DNA from: Lingula anatina
Lineage: Eukaryota > Animalia > Brachiopoda
Assembly (NCBI GenBank): GCA_051362555.1
Contig: CM120640.1
Coordinates: 32,755,967-32,819,966, forward strand
Reading direction: 5' to 3'
Length of the DNA: 64,000 nt
Positions 1-15,000 of this stretch are shown here, piece by piece (the first letter of the stretch is position 1; every line of letters starts with the position of its first letter). Below the pieces are notes generated by a model. The model was not told the DNA's origin and did no database searches. It worked only from the letters and a program-made list of their open reading frames with translations. A program made the translations under genes and the position numbers.

Positions 1-3000
1 CCACGGTCACTCTCCTCTGGCTGGAGTGGTAAGCCAGCTAACAGGGCGGCTACTGCCTCCATACTAGCCTGGTCCAAATCTCTGGACAGGGTCAACCTAG
101 GAGTGGACATGCTGAACTACAGTCAATGTTACAACTTTAAACCACAGTGAGACTTACATTATTTCAGCTATCAAGGAAAATCACACACACATTATCAAAA
201 TACAGGGACAATGGAGTGCTGTAATATTGGTAGATGAGGTATATATGGCAAAGACTTAACTATGTGGTAAACCATCATTAACTTCAAACATATGTTATGC
301 CTGTGTCAGTTATTCAACTATGTGCAAATGTTTGACAGAAGGACTTCAATTTTTCTTCTTCTTTTCTCTATTTAGGCCTACCTTGACATATGACTAACAT
401 CCTGAGCATTGTACTGATGAGAATTCCCCATGATCCAGTCAGTCAAGTACTCCACCAGTTTGTTTCTAAATTTCATTTCCTGGCGGAATGTCAGGTCATC
501 CCTACGGTTCATCATCTGGTAAAAGAAGAGAATGCAAGGACTGAGAAACTCACTTTATTTACAACAGTTCAAGTTAATGTGATCTGACTGAAATTTGAAT
601 TTTTTTAGGAAAGGGAAAAGCCCGTTTGGTAAAAGGGATCAGCATCTGTACAGATGCATTGGGAAAGCAATAGGTCAATTTCCAACCAGAAATATGAAGG
701 TGCAAATCTAAAGCTATTCTTTGATTACCTTGGTTTATGTCCACTTTATTTTAGTCTTATAAGAAACCAGTAAAAGGGTTTCTATACAATACTGGTGATC
801 CATGTGCTTTATATGTAGCTTTAAAAATACCATAGTTCAACTCTATAAAACACCAACAACACTGAGTTTATGTCTGTTTAAATCCACATTTTTCAAAATA
901 ATATGGATGATACTCACAGCTTCCACCAGCTGACACAACTTTGTCTTGATTTGTATAGCATGAACATTAGAGTCAAGATGACGGACATACCTGGAAGCAA
1001 GCAATCAGGTGAGGACAGTTTGATTAATAATAGTCTGCATACAGCATTTAGATGTAAAATCTTAAGTGGAATACCCTACCATTAAATGTAAATGGTGTTT
1101 CAAGAACTCTTTCACTTTAATTCTTAAATTTATAAAATGCTGTAAAATAATAATTCCCACAGCAAGCATCTACTCACTTGACAATACCCAACATCAGTGA
1201 TTCAATGCTGGTCACTCCCAGATGCTCGCACGGCTGATCTGGGCGACTCTCCAGAATGTTCTTCATTATAAAGATCACATTCTCTATGAACTGGGTGTTC
1301 CAATCATTTACTATAACCTGTGATTATATAAACATCAAATCATGTTAGTACTTTTCCCCCATTGCTACTCATACACACTCACATTTGCACATACTGGTCG
1401 ACTCGGAGACAATTTGACAAAAACATTTTGTGTAGTTATTCATAAATCTGTTGTCTATAATCACTCATGGCACATGAATGAGAGACTTTATCCAATTAAT
1501 TACACTAAATTAAAAATAATTGTAGAAATTCATAAACTTAAACACATCCAGTATATTTCTCACCTGTCCTGCTGAATCAAAACACTTCTCTACACATATT
1601 TTAATCTGGTCAAAGAGGATGGGGTACACGGCAGAGTTCAGTTCATGTCCTACAAGTTCTTTGACATGTTTCTGTATCTGTGGACCAAACTTCTCATTCT
1701 GACACACCAACAGCTTCAACAGGTTGCCAATAAATCTAGAACATGGATAATATGACAGATGATGAAATGGAGAAAGTAAAATGTGAAATGGTAAAAAGGT
1801 CTGTTTAAATTGGTGTACCATCTAGTCCCTATTCTCCAGAATAAGCAACTTCTCTTCTTCCTTTTAGCCATCTCATAGTGATGACCACACAAACCTTATC
1901 AAGTTATAATAAAATATTTTTAAAGTTCTACTGCTTATAGGCCCAGCTGTATGTTTGAAGTATTTTTGACCTAGATAGGTCTTAGGAAGACTAATTTACT
2001 ATGCTAAGTACAAATTTATGTAATGCTGGCATTGCAATCAGTATACATAAAGCAATACTCATAATTCAAACTAGATGAAAAAATTCCCAATGAAATCTTT
2101 CCTTACTGCGTAACAGGGCAATACTGTGACTCTGAGGTGTGGCATGAGATGACACTAGCTTTCCTGCTCTCCAGGGAAGGCAGGGATCCCACATTGGACC
2201 TCAGGACAGCCTTGTTCTGGAGACAGACACTGCCCAGGGCACACAGGAACCCCGTCATATTGGCCCACTCATTCAACATGTCCTTCAAATACAATAATAT
2301 TCCAAATGTTATTTAGATTTATTATATCATCATCACCATCAGTTTTTCAGATCTTCAGTCCTGAATGAACAGGGTTGCACCTTTTCCCACATATGGTTCT
2401 AACACATCTACTATGGCAGATTTAGATTTCTATGGCATTAAAAAAAGAACAGAATGATTACAATAAAATCATAATTACTTAAGTTTATAATTAATATCTA
2501 ATTATGAATCAATATGTTTAAAATTATGACAAACTAAATAAATTCAGTTTTCACCCATTTTAATTTCTTTTATTATAACATGTAAATATATCAAATTCCC
2601 ACTTTTTAAAACATATCTGTACCTCAAGATCATGTTCTGTACTTTGGTGTGAGGAGGCTCTCCTCTTGTTGGCTCTATGAAATGTATCCCCTATCAAGCT
2701 GCCATCATCTAGTTTGGATTTGGGATAGGTCACCAGATATCTTGTAGCACTTTCCCAATTCATGAAGGTATCTTCCCAAGCCTAAAATATAAGACACGCT
2801 ACAGCAATTGTAATCCCCATGGTGAAGTGTTTTAGTCTTATCTTTATTGCTGGACAAATAGCATGCTGAAAATTTTAATATCATAAAATATACATTGTCT
2901 TCAATCCAGAAACCTACCTGATAGTTACCAGCTGTAGAGTATTCAATTTTTCTCAACAAGGCCATAATTCTCTTCTGAAGAGCAGCTCTCCCTAAAATTA

Positions 3001-6000
3001 TAATCTCACAACATAAACTTTGCAATACTTTTCCAAAAACTATCCGAACTTTTAGGATTCCTCTCTACAAGACATACTCATCAACATTTTAATTAGTAGT
3101 ATATTTCTAAAGTGAGTTTTATCTTTTCAAATATCACAATACCAATTGACTGACCTGTGGTCAGTTCCATACTGGCCTGGGCTAGCTCTGCATACACACT
3201 GTAGTTAGGAAGGAGCTGTGTGACCGCCAACTCGTCAGATCCACAGCGGATGTCTGCCTCTTCACACAGCAGACGGAAGCAGGACATGGCAGTCAGCACT
3301 GCATCTATGTCTATGCTCCACAGGTACATGAAGAAAACAACCTGAAACAAAAACACGCCAATTGTGTTAAAATGTGCAATGATATTTGATTAGAAAGTAC
3401 AATGATCAAACTCAAATACAAAGCATGGATTTTTGACCAATAATTGGTATTGTTATCTTGTCATTTAACCATTTACTTAAAGCATTAATGATTAAATTTA
3501 ACATTTTCAAACAATTCTATACCACATCTAGGTTATTTTTACATCCATTCATTCACTGTAAACAAAATATTTGCTGAAAAATATATCAAAATCAAAATGC
3601 TGACCATCATATGACCATACAAGACAAGCTAACATACATTATTTACTTTGATAGAGACTAAAATACAATTATGACTTTTCTTAAAAGATTAATCACAGAT
3701 GCTTGTTAACCCTTCAGCTGATTTAGTATTGCTTTTCACTTAACAAAAGTGATCCTATCATCAGCACAAACTCAGTTAAAATAAAACTGGATGTAACAAG
3801 AATTACAAACTATAAAGGGAAAGATCTACCTCCAGTTTTATGTGAGCCTGCCTGCAGATGGGAATATTGCTCCCAACATTAGCATAGTCCTTGTGCCTTT
3901 GCAGGAAATTGTTACGACAGATCAAAATTTCTCTCAGCCACTTCAAAATTTCAGTGTAATTCACTATCTGGTGTTGAATAAGCTTTTGGGAAATGGAAAA
4001 TAGCACCTGGGAGCTGAAAAAAAATGCAATGAAATCTCAAACAGAGTAAATACTTAGGTAGCACTTTTAATGTGTCTTAAAATTTAAAAAGTTAAAAATT
4101 GATATAAACACCATCAATCCAGAAATATCAAAACAGACTGATATATCGAAATGTGATTTATTTGACCTGTATATAATAGCAAAAAAATTATCCATGATTT
4201 TGGATGAGTTTTCTTGGTTATACAAGCTTTGTTGAAATCTCCAGGAATACATTTTTCATTTCCTATCTTTTTTTTTTTTGCTATTTTTTACATTTAATTT
4301 AACAGTATTGTTATATTTCATCAACTGTTTTATAAAACATACATCAAAACCTAAAGCAACAACATACAAATACAAATACCTACCTGACATCCCAGAAAGT
4401 ATTAATGGGAGCCTCAGGGTTCCACAGTTCAATAGTAGCAGGTTCATGTAAACACAGCAAGGCCTACAGTGCAGGGAAAATGGAATAAGGAGATAAAAAG
4501 GACATATTCAATCACATTTAAGTAAATTTTATCCACATGCTCATCAAACTAGAGGATCAGAGAGGCGATACCGCCTCCGAATATTGTACCACCAGCTGGA
4601 GCAAGCGCATTCGTATAGACCCCCACATACACAAAATAAGGGACACAGCCACCAGTTTTGTGCTTGACAAGCTGTAAAAATGCAATCAACAAGAATTTTT
4701 AAACTTTTGCAAAAAATATATATGGTACAATCAAATTTAAGTTCTTCGTAAGATAGGTCAAGGGTCAATTTCAAGGTCACAGTAAATTGCCAGTATATGA
4801 CTTCCTATTCAAGTTCAAGAGTAACTATGGACCTATCTCTGCCAGTTTTGGAGATAAAAGGGAAGCAAAATTTGCAAAGTTCAGTTCATGGTGAAAAGTA
4901 GGTCAAAGGTTAATTTTAAGGTCACATTTAGATTGCCAGTATATGACTTCCTATTCAAGTTCAATAGTAACTATGGAGCTATCTCTGCCAGTTTTGGAGA
5001 TAAAAGAAAAGCAAAATTTGCAAAATTCAGTTCATGGTGTAAAGTAGGTCAAAGGTCAATTTTAAGGTCACATTTAGATTGCCAGTATATGACTTCCTAT
5101 TCAAGTTCAATAGTAACTACGGACCTATCTCTGCCAGTTTTGGAGATAAAAGCAAAGCAAAATTTGCAAAGTTCAATTCATGGTGAAAAGTAGGTCAAAG
5201 GTCAATTTCAAGATCACATTTAGATTGCCAGTATATGACTTTCTATTCAAGTTCAATAGTAACTACGGACCTATCTCAGCCAGTTTTGGAGATAAAAGAA
5301 AAGCAAAATTTGCAAACTCAGTTCATGGTGTAAAGTAGGTCAAAGGTCAATTTTAAGGTCACATTTAGATTGCCAGTATATGACTTCCTATTCAAGTTCA
5401 ATAGTAACTATGGACCTATCTCTGCCAGTTTTGGAGATAAAAGAAAAGCAAAATTTGCAAAATTCAGTTCATGGTGTAAAGTCGGTCAAAGGTCAATTTT
5501 AAGGTCACATTTAGATTGCCAGTATATGACTTCCTATTCAAGTTCAATAGTAACTATGGACCTATCTCTGCCAGTTTTGGAGATAAAATGGAAAAAAATT
5601 TTTGCAAAGTTCAGTTCATGGTGAAAAGTAGGTCAAAGGTCAATTTTAAGGTCACATATAGATTGCCAGTATATGACTTCCTATTCAAGTTCAATAGTAA
5701 CTACGGACCTATCTCTGCCAGTTTTGGAGATAAAAGGAAAGCAAAATTTGCAAAGTTCAATTCATGGTGAAAAGTAGGTCAAAGGTCAATTTTAAGGTCA
5801 CATATAGATTGCCAGTATATGACTTCCTATTCAAGTTCAATAGTAACTACGGACCTATCTCTGCCAGTTTTGGAGATAAAAGCAAAGCAAAATTTGCAAA
5901 GTTCAATTCATGGTGAAAAGTAGGTCAAAGTTCAATTTCAAGATCACATTTAGATTGCCAGTATATGACTTTCTATTCAAGTTCAATAGTAACTACGGAC

Positions 6001-9000
6001 CTATCTCAGCCAGTTTTGGAGATAAAAGAAAAGCAAAATTTGCAAAATTCAGTTCATGGTGTAAAGTAGGTCAAAGGTCAATTTTAAGGTCACATTTAGA
6101 TTGCCAGTATATGACTTCCTATTCAAGTTCAATAGTAACTATGGACCAATCTCTGCCAGTTTTGGAGATAAAAGGGAAGAAAAATTTGCAAAGCTCAGTT
6201 CATGGTGAGAAGTAGGTCAAAGGTCAATTTTAAGGTCACATATAGATTGTCAGTATATGACTTCCTATTCAAGTTCAATAGTAACTACGGACCTATCTCT
6301 GTCAGTTTTGGAGATAAAAGGAAAGCAAAATTTGCAAAGTTCAATTCATGGTGAAAAGTAGGTCAAAGGTCAATTTTAAAGTCACATATAGATTGCCAGT
6401 ATATGACTTCCTATTCAAGTTCAATAGTAACTACGGACCTATCTCTGCCAGTTTTGGAGATAAAAGGAAAGCAAAATTTGCAAAGTTCAATTCATGGTGA
6501 AAAGTAGGTCAAAGGTCAATTTCAAGGTCACATTTAGATTGCCAGTATATGACTTTCTATTCAAGTACAATACTAACTATGGACCTATCTCAGCCGGTTT
6601 TGGAGATAAAAGGGAAGCAAAATTTGCAAAGTTCAGTTCATGGTGAAAAGTAGGTCAAAGGTCAATTTTAAGATCACATTTAGATTGCCAGTATATGACT
6701 TCCTATTCAAGTTCAATAGTAACTATGGACCTATCTCTGCCAGTTTTGGAGATAAAAGGGAAGCAAAATTTGCAAAGTTCAGTTCATGGTGAAAAGTAGG
6801 TCAAAGGTCAATTTCAAGGTCATAGTAAGATTGCCAGTATATGACTTCCTATTCAACTTCAATAGTAACTATGGACCTATCTCTGCCAGTTTTGGAGATA
6901 TAAGGGACTAAATGTTATAATTTTGGAGTTACCATAATGTGCCTTAAATTTCGTACAGAAAAAATTAATTAAAATAAAGAAAATGTCATTTTGGTCAAAA
7001 TTCTTGAAATAGGAGGTGCTCTGAAGTTTCAGAAGTTCAAATTTGATGAAATAATGTCATTTTTGAACACAAGCCAAGCCAAGCCAAGCCTTATGTTTTA
7101 TTTTTCCAGAGTTCAAAATTTATTATCCATTACCGTACTGCACATTTTGCTTTTACCACCAATATGTACTTTTTGATACAGCGTAACTCGAAAACCGTAT
7201 GGAATACAAAAAAACCGAGACCACTTCCAGTTTTGGGCTTTACATGCTCTACAAAATGCAAAAAAGAATGGGTCTCTAGCATTAACGGTTCCCGAATTAG
7301 AGACAGTTTTCAGTTTCGGTATCTTATGGCTGCTACTCCCGTGAAAATGCACCGATTGACCCCAAATTCATGGAGATGAAAGATGACCTGAAGGGTAACA
7401 CTTTCCAATAATATTATTGGTTAAGTCTGTGTAGTGTCTGAATAACAGGGCAAAAAAATTTTTTTTCGTAAAAAATTTCATTTTTTTGAAAATTTTGTCC
7501 CATTTGACCTTGAAGTAAAGGTCAAAGGTCAAATCCAAGGGTATATTTGAAATCTACACATATGACTTTTGGAAAGCCGTCTATAGAAATTTTTCCCATA
7601 ACTCCTTCCGTAGGGTAGATAATTAGCATTTAATTTTGCCATTTTTAGACAAGGGTGCATTGTAATGAGTGCCACACCCAGACCCCAATACCGACAAAGC
7701 CCAAATTTTACGTGGAACGAGTTGAGATTATAGGTGACCTAAATCCATGAGATGGGTACGGGGGCCCTTACCGTCTAGGAGGAGAAGCGGTAACGGTAGC
7801 CGTCCGGCGGAGCCGGCGGAACGATCCGGACGGGACCGAAACCATGTGTACCGCCAGCGCTAACGCTGGTGGTACAATAAAAACAATTATTTCCCAGATG
7901 TCAGTTAAAAATAATTTCACTTTTGCTTGATTTAATCATTCTCATGCTAACCCTTACCTTTCTTTTCACCCAACTGTGGATACCTTAAAATCACTAACAT
8001 AACATAATTGAATATAAAAACAGCCATAACTATTCCAGTGGAATACTAAAGCAAGCCTCACCTCCATGGCTTCCTGTGCCACATCAGGCATAGACTGCTG
8101 GTGAACCAGGGACACTAAACCATTGATCAGCTCCAGGGTGCTGCTTTGGATTTCATGACCAGCACGACCAGGATTCTAGAACAGTAAGATTGGAAGAGAT
8201 AAGAACAGAAATGCAAACACCATAACCAACCATTAACTATCCAAGCCTTCAAGTTGCACTGACTTTTGTCAATCTATAAATACAATTTTTACAAAATGCC
8301 TTACTTAATTAGTTTACATTTAAGCTCCTTCACTTACACAATATTTTTCTACCTATGTGAAAGGGACACTTCTAAGCTAACAACCCAAACTATCTGAAAA
8401 GGTCCCAGGGGTGCTACATGTTACAGGATTAACTTACATGTAACATAAGTATAGGGTCAGCATGGATAAGCCGTACAATCCACAATAAGAGGTACTTGTA
8501 GTTTGGCCCCTCATCAGGATTCTTTTCTTTGGTGAACTTCAAACCAGGCACTTTCTCTTTCCACTGAAATATTATATTCAATAATACTTGTACTATTATA
8601 ATAACAAAGTTGCGATTTTTCATTAACCAGTTCCTTTAGCTTTATATGCCTATCCACTTTTTACTAATCTAGTGATATTGCTCTCTTCACATTAATACCA
8701 GCTGTAACCGTTTTACACAACACAGCTGAACTCTGTCAGAACCAAGGCATTTCCAAAATAAATAAATAAATAAATAAAACCACTTCTCTTATCCTTATAT
8801 ATGTACTGTTGATATGATGTCACCACAAGCTGCCGGTGTTATAACTATCATACCTGCTGTCGGAGAGGGGTGTGGCCACTCAACCCCTGGGACACCTTAT
8901 TCAGTGTATCTGTGAACATATTTCTTAGTTCGTGGGCTTTGCCATAGATGATGTCAATCTTGGGCCACCAAGACAACCGGGGCTGAAAATGGAACACTAT

Positions 9001-12000
9001 CAATCAAATACATCAATAACCTTGCCCAATTTTTCACTGTTACATTCTTTTCATCATTCTGTCATTAAACCATTTATATTCACAATTGTTATCATCTCAG
9101 TATTACCACGGATATTAAGAAATAAAACTTTTGTCTAGTGTTATAAAGACAAAACGGAAAACTCAGTGATGATCCAATAGGCTCAAGTATCTGGAAAAGA
9201 GAACTAGAGACTACTGTAAGCTGTATGACAACTGACCAGGTGACCAATCCATCCAGGTCACTGACCTAGTGCAAGGTCTCAGGTTGAGACCGCAACGTCA
9301 GTCAGTTGCTAGATGTAAGTTCCATTATCAGAGTGATACATATTTCTCATTCTAAAGTTACTGGAAGGCTAATAAAATCCACTCATTTATCTACAAAACA
9401 CATGAATGTAGTTGCTAAATGCAAGTTCCAATATCAGAGTTATACATATTGCTCATTCTAATTCTGCTGGAAGACTAATTATATTCATTTATCTAGAAAA
9501 GACACAAATGAAGTATATGTTGCCTCCTCTACCTGTGTGATGATCCTGTGAAGAGCATTCACTAGCACAAAGTGATATGTGGAGGGGGAGCTAGGATGCA
9601 GGCAGATCTTCAGGACATCGTTATGGTGAGGAATAATACGGAAGAAGGAGACAAAACAGTCAATCATCAGATCTATGTCTTGGGATACACTGCTAGGGCC
9701 ACGAGAGAAAGGCTTCACTTGGTTGAACAGGTGATTCTGGAAGATAACCAAATATAGTGACTTTATTAAAATATTGGGAGATAATATGGATTATCTATAG
9801 CTATCTTCTGACTATAAAACTTCTTAGCACAAGCATATAAAACTTCTTACCACAAGCAATACATGTGACAGTAGAAAATAAAACTTATTAACACAAGCAA
9901 CACATTTGACAGTAGAAAAAAATGTATCTTACAGTTGACACTTAATAACAACAACATCTCATACAAAAAACAAAGGCCATTAAGCTTACCCTTAGGTCAG
10001 CAAAGACATGCTGGACCAGCACAAAGACCACATTTGTCCTATCGGCTATGTTAATGTAAGTTGATACTTTACACAGCTTGACAGATGTCACTGCTGCAGC
10101 CTCGGTCAGCTGTTTGGAGTAGCCATGATGGGACAGTGCCTTCTTCAGCTCATCCACAAAATGTTTCTGGAAATTAAGAATAATTGTATCATGATGTGCT
10201 ATCACACTTTCTTTTTTTAGGCTGCACCTATGTTTTACACACCAACAATGTTTATTGATTGTACATATCTTTTAAAAGGGCACGTTTTGTTGCCTGAAAA
10301 CATGAATAAAACTAGTAGGCTAGCAATATTCAAAGAAAGGTATTTCACTGTACTGATATATCTTGATGCTTGGTACAGTTCTACATTTTTACTGAGGTCC
10401 ACATACCTTTTTCAGATGATCTGGAGAGCATGGGGCTCCTGCATCTGAGTTGGTGATTTCTTCAAGGACTTTCTGAAAAATCATCAAAGCAAAATATATG
10501 AACTCACAAGTTCAAACATGTAGATGAAATATATTAAAGCTTTCACTGACCTCATGAAATTGAAATAATTTGACTTTGCACATATGAGGCCAAGACTTAG
10601 GAGTGCACCCAAACTCATGGCAACAAATAAGCTTGATATCTTTCCAAGCACTTTATATAAGACTTTAAGCAGAACATCTTGTTGCAATAAGATATTTGCC
10701 CCAAAAATGTGTATCACCCATCACACAATGAATACACATACTGGACAGAATACCACCCTTTGCATATTGAATACACATATTGGACAGAATATACAATACA
10801 ATACAATAAAGTTTATTTCATGTCAGAAAAAATGAAAGTACAAACATGAGCTGAGTAGCTACTCATCGACAGAATATCACCCAATACACAATGAATACAC
10901 ATACTGGACAAAATACCACCCATTACACAATGAATACACATACTGGACAAAATACCACCCAATACACAATGAATACACATACTGGACAGAATACCACCCA
11001 TTACACAATGAATACACATACTGGACAGAGGACCAGCAACATCATCTGCAGGGGCCACACAGCTGCTTTTCTCTTGGCATTCTCAGCGAAGTGGTTGAAC
11101 AGTTCAAATAGGCGGTCACAGCAATCTGAAAATGTTCAACGGGAATTGCTTTTTAAAAATACAACTGAAGCCTGCTTCTTCAAAAGCCATCGTTTCATTA
11201 TCATTGCCTTCAACTATCTCTATTAATAAGACTGAGGAACATCGGTCTTTATTAAAACCTGAGGTTTCTCAAATTTGTTATTATTTTTATTAAGTAATAT
11301 GATGCATGTTTTAAATTGCCTCAACTATTAAGTCTAGCATTTCACCCAATCAATACCATCACGTAAACATTTTGCAAAAGAAAACAAGTTATACTAAGAA
11401 ATATCTACCACTGTTATGGTCAGTCAGATTGTTTAAGGTTTTAAAAAATATCCCATTGCTCAGGTTTCTATAGTAATATGACCCCCAGTTTACCTGCCAG
11501 TTCATCATCAGGTCTTCTCTGCAGATCAGTGAACTCCTCTGGGTAGTTGTCCATCCAGTTCCATATAGCCTGAAATATCAACAATACCTCTTGTTATGCT
11601 AAAAAGTAATATTTTTGCAATGATTATAAATCACATGTTCGTACATCACAGGATTTAAGTTTTAAAAAACACTATAATACAAGTTTAAGCATGTTGGCTG
11701 TTCAAGGAAAGATACTACAAAATTAGACATAGTCAATATGGAAATCATTTTCTGAAAGAATGTGTATGAAAAGACTTGGAAATGTGTTTTAATGAAGTAT
11801 TTTCCACTATCATTTCACCTTTCTACAATTAATGGGCTACACATGAGCCAGAAATTACAAGACTGTATAGAACCCCTAGTGATGCATCACCAAAGAAGTA
11901 CAAATCCGTGTGCTTACCTTTTCCAAGCTAATTGCCAGTGAGATATGGACATTTTTCTTCAAAGATTTGAACTTGTTAGCAGTCTCTGGAATTGTTTAAT

Positions 12001-15000
12001 TAACTGATAATATTTACAAAAATATTTAATTGCATACTTTGATGATAATTTTTTTTGTATAATTTATATTCCATTACACATACATGATCCATAAACTAGG
12101 AGTGTTATGTTTTTCACTTACAGACACAAAATTACAATTTAGAAATAGTCTTGAATTTGATGTGAAAGGCCTCCTTCAGTCCACTAAATTAATCCAAAGC
12201 AGTTCAATCAAATAAAATCCTGTGCCAGTCTAAAATGGAAAATATGTGGCTAACGTTTCAACCCAATACTTAATTTACGTGAACTATAAGACCATTGATT
12301 TCTTAAGAGCTGAAGAAAATCCAATTTTTGGTCTGAAAATTTAGACCCATTTTCAGGAATTTTTTTTTTTTTTTACAGAGAGAAACCACCCCTAGGGGCC
12401 AATGATAATCTTCAGTTTCACCTCCCTTTACTCTACCTACCTGCCAATAACTTGATCAACCTGTGCATGTCCACATTGATGTGCTGGATGAGCTCAAGGT
12501 CTGTGGTATCCGACACATCTTCACTAGATGTCGACAAGGCATGTAATCTATGTGGAAACAAAACATATATTACATCAATATTTCTGTCTCTGTCCCTAAT
12601 CTAATTCAAAACATCAAAATCTCAAAACAAAAGAAAAATTAGTACATAAAACAATTCTTTCTGAAAAAGTATATGGATGACTTCAATCTTTTAATGAAAA
12701 CAAAAAATATATAATAAGAATTATATTATTTTTTAAATAGAGATCAAAGACTGGCAATATGGCAAATAACAGTTCAAACACTTTCATTTTCTTTCAAGAC
12801 TAAATTATCATTTGATAAAAATGTTCTGCCTAAGGTAAGCTTTGTAATCCTGTAGCATCTGTGTCATTTTTCGATTCTTTCCATTCCTGCTTTGCCACAT
12901 ACCTGGCTGAAATCCTGTTGAAGACAGCGGTGAAGTTGTTGAGGCTCAGAGCAAACAAAACCTTGGAAGATAGGTGCTTCAACTGATTCAAAACTGGGGT
13001 GTCACTTGGCAAGTTCAAAAACTAGAAGAAAATATGCATATATAGTTCAAAAAGGGAAAACATACAGATAGATAGACATTGACATTTACCAAACCATTCA
13101 GCTCATCATCAGGTAGTTTTTTACAATAATTATATGAATGATATTTTGACAGCATTCTTGTTTTTGATTGAAAAATAATTCAATGAATCACTAAAAATTA
13201 ATCATCACACTGTTCATTCCAGGAATTCCTTACTTTACAGATCTCTGGCAGCAACAGCTTGACGTACATTTGTTCATCCAAACGGGAGGTGTCCTTTGGT
13301 TGCTGGAATGATAAATAACACAATAATTCCAAAACTTAGATTGAAATCAGATAAGAGCAAGATCAAAATCATTGCAGACACCATCTCCATCTGTTAATTT
13401 TTCTAAAAGTATACCCAAACAATCTGACATAATTTGTACTATTGTTTCTTTTGTAACCACATGAATGACAAATAGAAACATGCAAAATATCAAATTACAA
13501 CACACAAATTATGTAAAAATCTTTGAAATGTACTTACTCCATTTAGACACTGTTCTAGAGTTTCTAGAATTATAAGCTGTGAATCATAAAAATTCCTCTC
13601 TGCTTCTGGTCCATATATTTTCTGAAACAAGATTGAGGTGTTTATACAACTGTAAAGAATGAGAGAGGAAAATCTAAAGAATTAAAACTTGTAAACATAG
13701 CTTTCCAATCAACATCTTCAAAATCTGTTGTGATCTATCAATTAAGCAGTTTTAAACTGATTGAAAAAGAGACAGGAATATATTTTTAAGTTTATTTGCA
13801 TTTTATTAATGTGCCAATAGAAAATACAAACACATTTCTGCATTAATGAAGACTTATATAGCAAAGATAATCATTTTGATTAGATCTGAAAAAATTACAT
13901 TTTAAGGGCAGCTTTCATTTTCTTATTGTTTTATACAGTTAATAGAAGCTATTTGGTTTTAATCCACATCAAACATGCCTGTTGCCAGCAATTTCAAGGG
14001 GGATAGCGATTTTTCTCTGAAAAAGTGAATCTTTTACCCCTTTAGCTAACCTAATGAGAAATGGTATAACCTTCATCAAATTTTCATTAGGAGTGGACCT
14101 TTTCTGGCCAAAAGGGCACTTCTGTCCCCTCCCCCCCATCCCCCCGCCCAGTCTATAGGTCTGACAAATAATATTTTGTTATAAGTTATCTTTTGAACAG
14201 CCAACAAAGGGATACACCCATTTTCTTCTTTAAACAACAGCACACAATAACGAACACAGACTGTTATGCCATACAGTAGCATATTGAAAATTCAGAACAA
14301 AGGTTTGTAAAATGTAAATCACTAGCTGCTAGCTTTATCATACTGAACTGTGTGTGTCGGCAGTATTCTATTCCAAATAATCAATAAAGGAAGTCTTGTA
14401 AGCAATCATTTCTATAGCAACAGCCCACACACATTAATATAATATTGAAGGAGAAAACCAACATACATCAGAAAACTGACGTTAAGTTTAAATAACAATA
14501 GTTGCCTTTTATTCAAACTAACAAGAAACTTAGCTTCTAAAAATTATCTAGCACTTTAAAGCTGTTCTATTTTATTCTTATGTTATGCATTATATAATAA
14601 GGCTGTGGAAAACAGAAAAAAAACTATTCCCTTTAAAACCAGATACTGCAAATGCCTCCCTATTAGGCCTAAATATCTTCTAGTGTTTGACTAGCAGTGA
14701 ATTTCAGAAAAAAAAAAACAGAAAAGACATCTGTCCCAAATTAAAGTTTTACCAATGATTTCAAACAAATAAACAATTGTGATTCCAAATGTTTAAAAAA
14801 ATATTAAACAATCAAGTAAAAACTGTTAACACATAAATCTTGACATCAGAACGTCATCTCTTACCATGGAGTCCACATTTTTGAGAATATTGGTCAGTCC
14901 ACTGATGACCAAGGAGAACTTGTATTTGCTGACATTAATCAGACACTCCTTATTCTGTTCCACATTCTGGATTGATTGGGTGGTGTGCTGGCCAGTGCGG

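Noticed and set aside
3830-4013. NF1 is shorter here than the human protein between RN.FL and PICRQA
   Set aside because: The extra segment appears to be vertebrate-specific and, as I recall, is also absent from Drosophila NF1. This is not a lesion or a missed exon.
4888-6215. Repeated ORFs MVKSRSKVNFK... and MPVYDFLFKF...
   Set aside because: These are translations of the 146-bp tandem repeat. The unit is not a multiple of 3 and lies inside a transposon, antisense within an NF1 intron.
10813-11226. ORFs with 13-aa repeats on both strands
   Set aside because: By-products of the 39-bp minisatellite. The real coding frame is NF1 exon 11022-11125.
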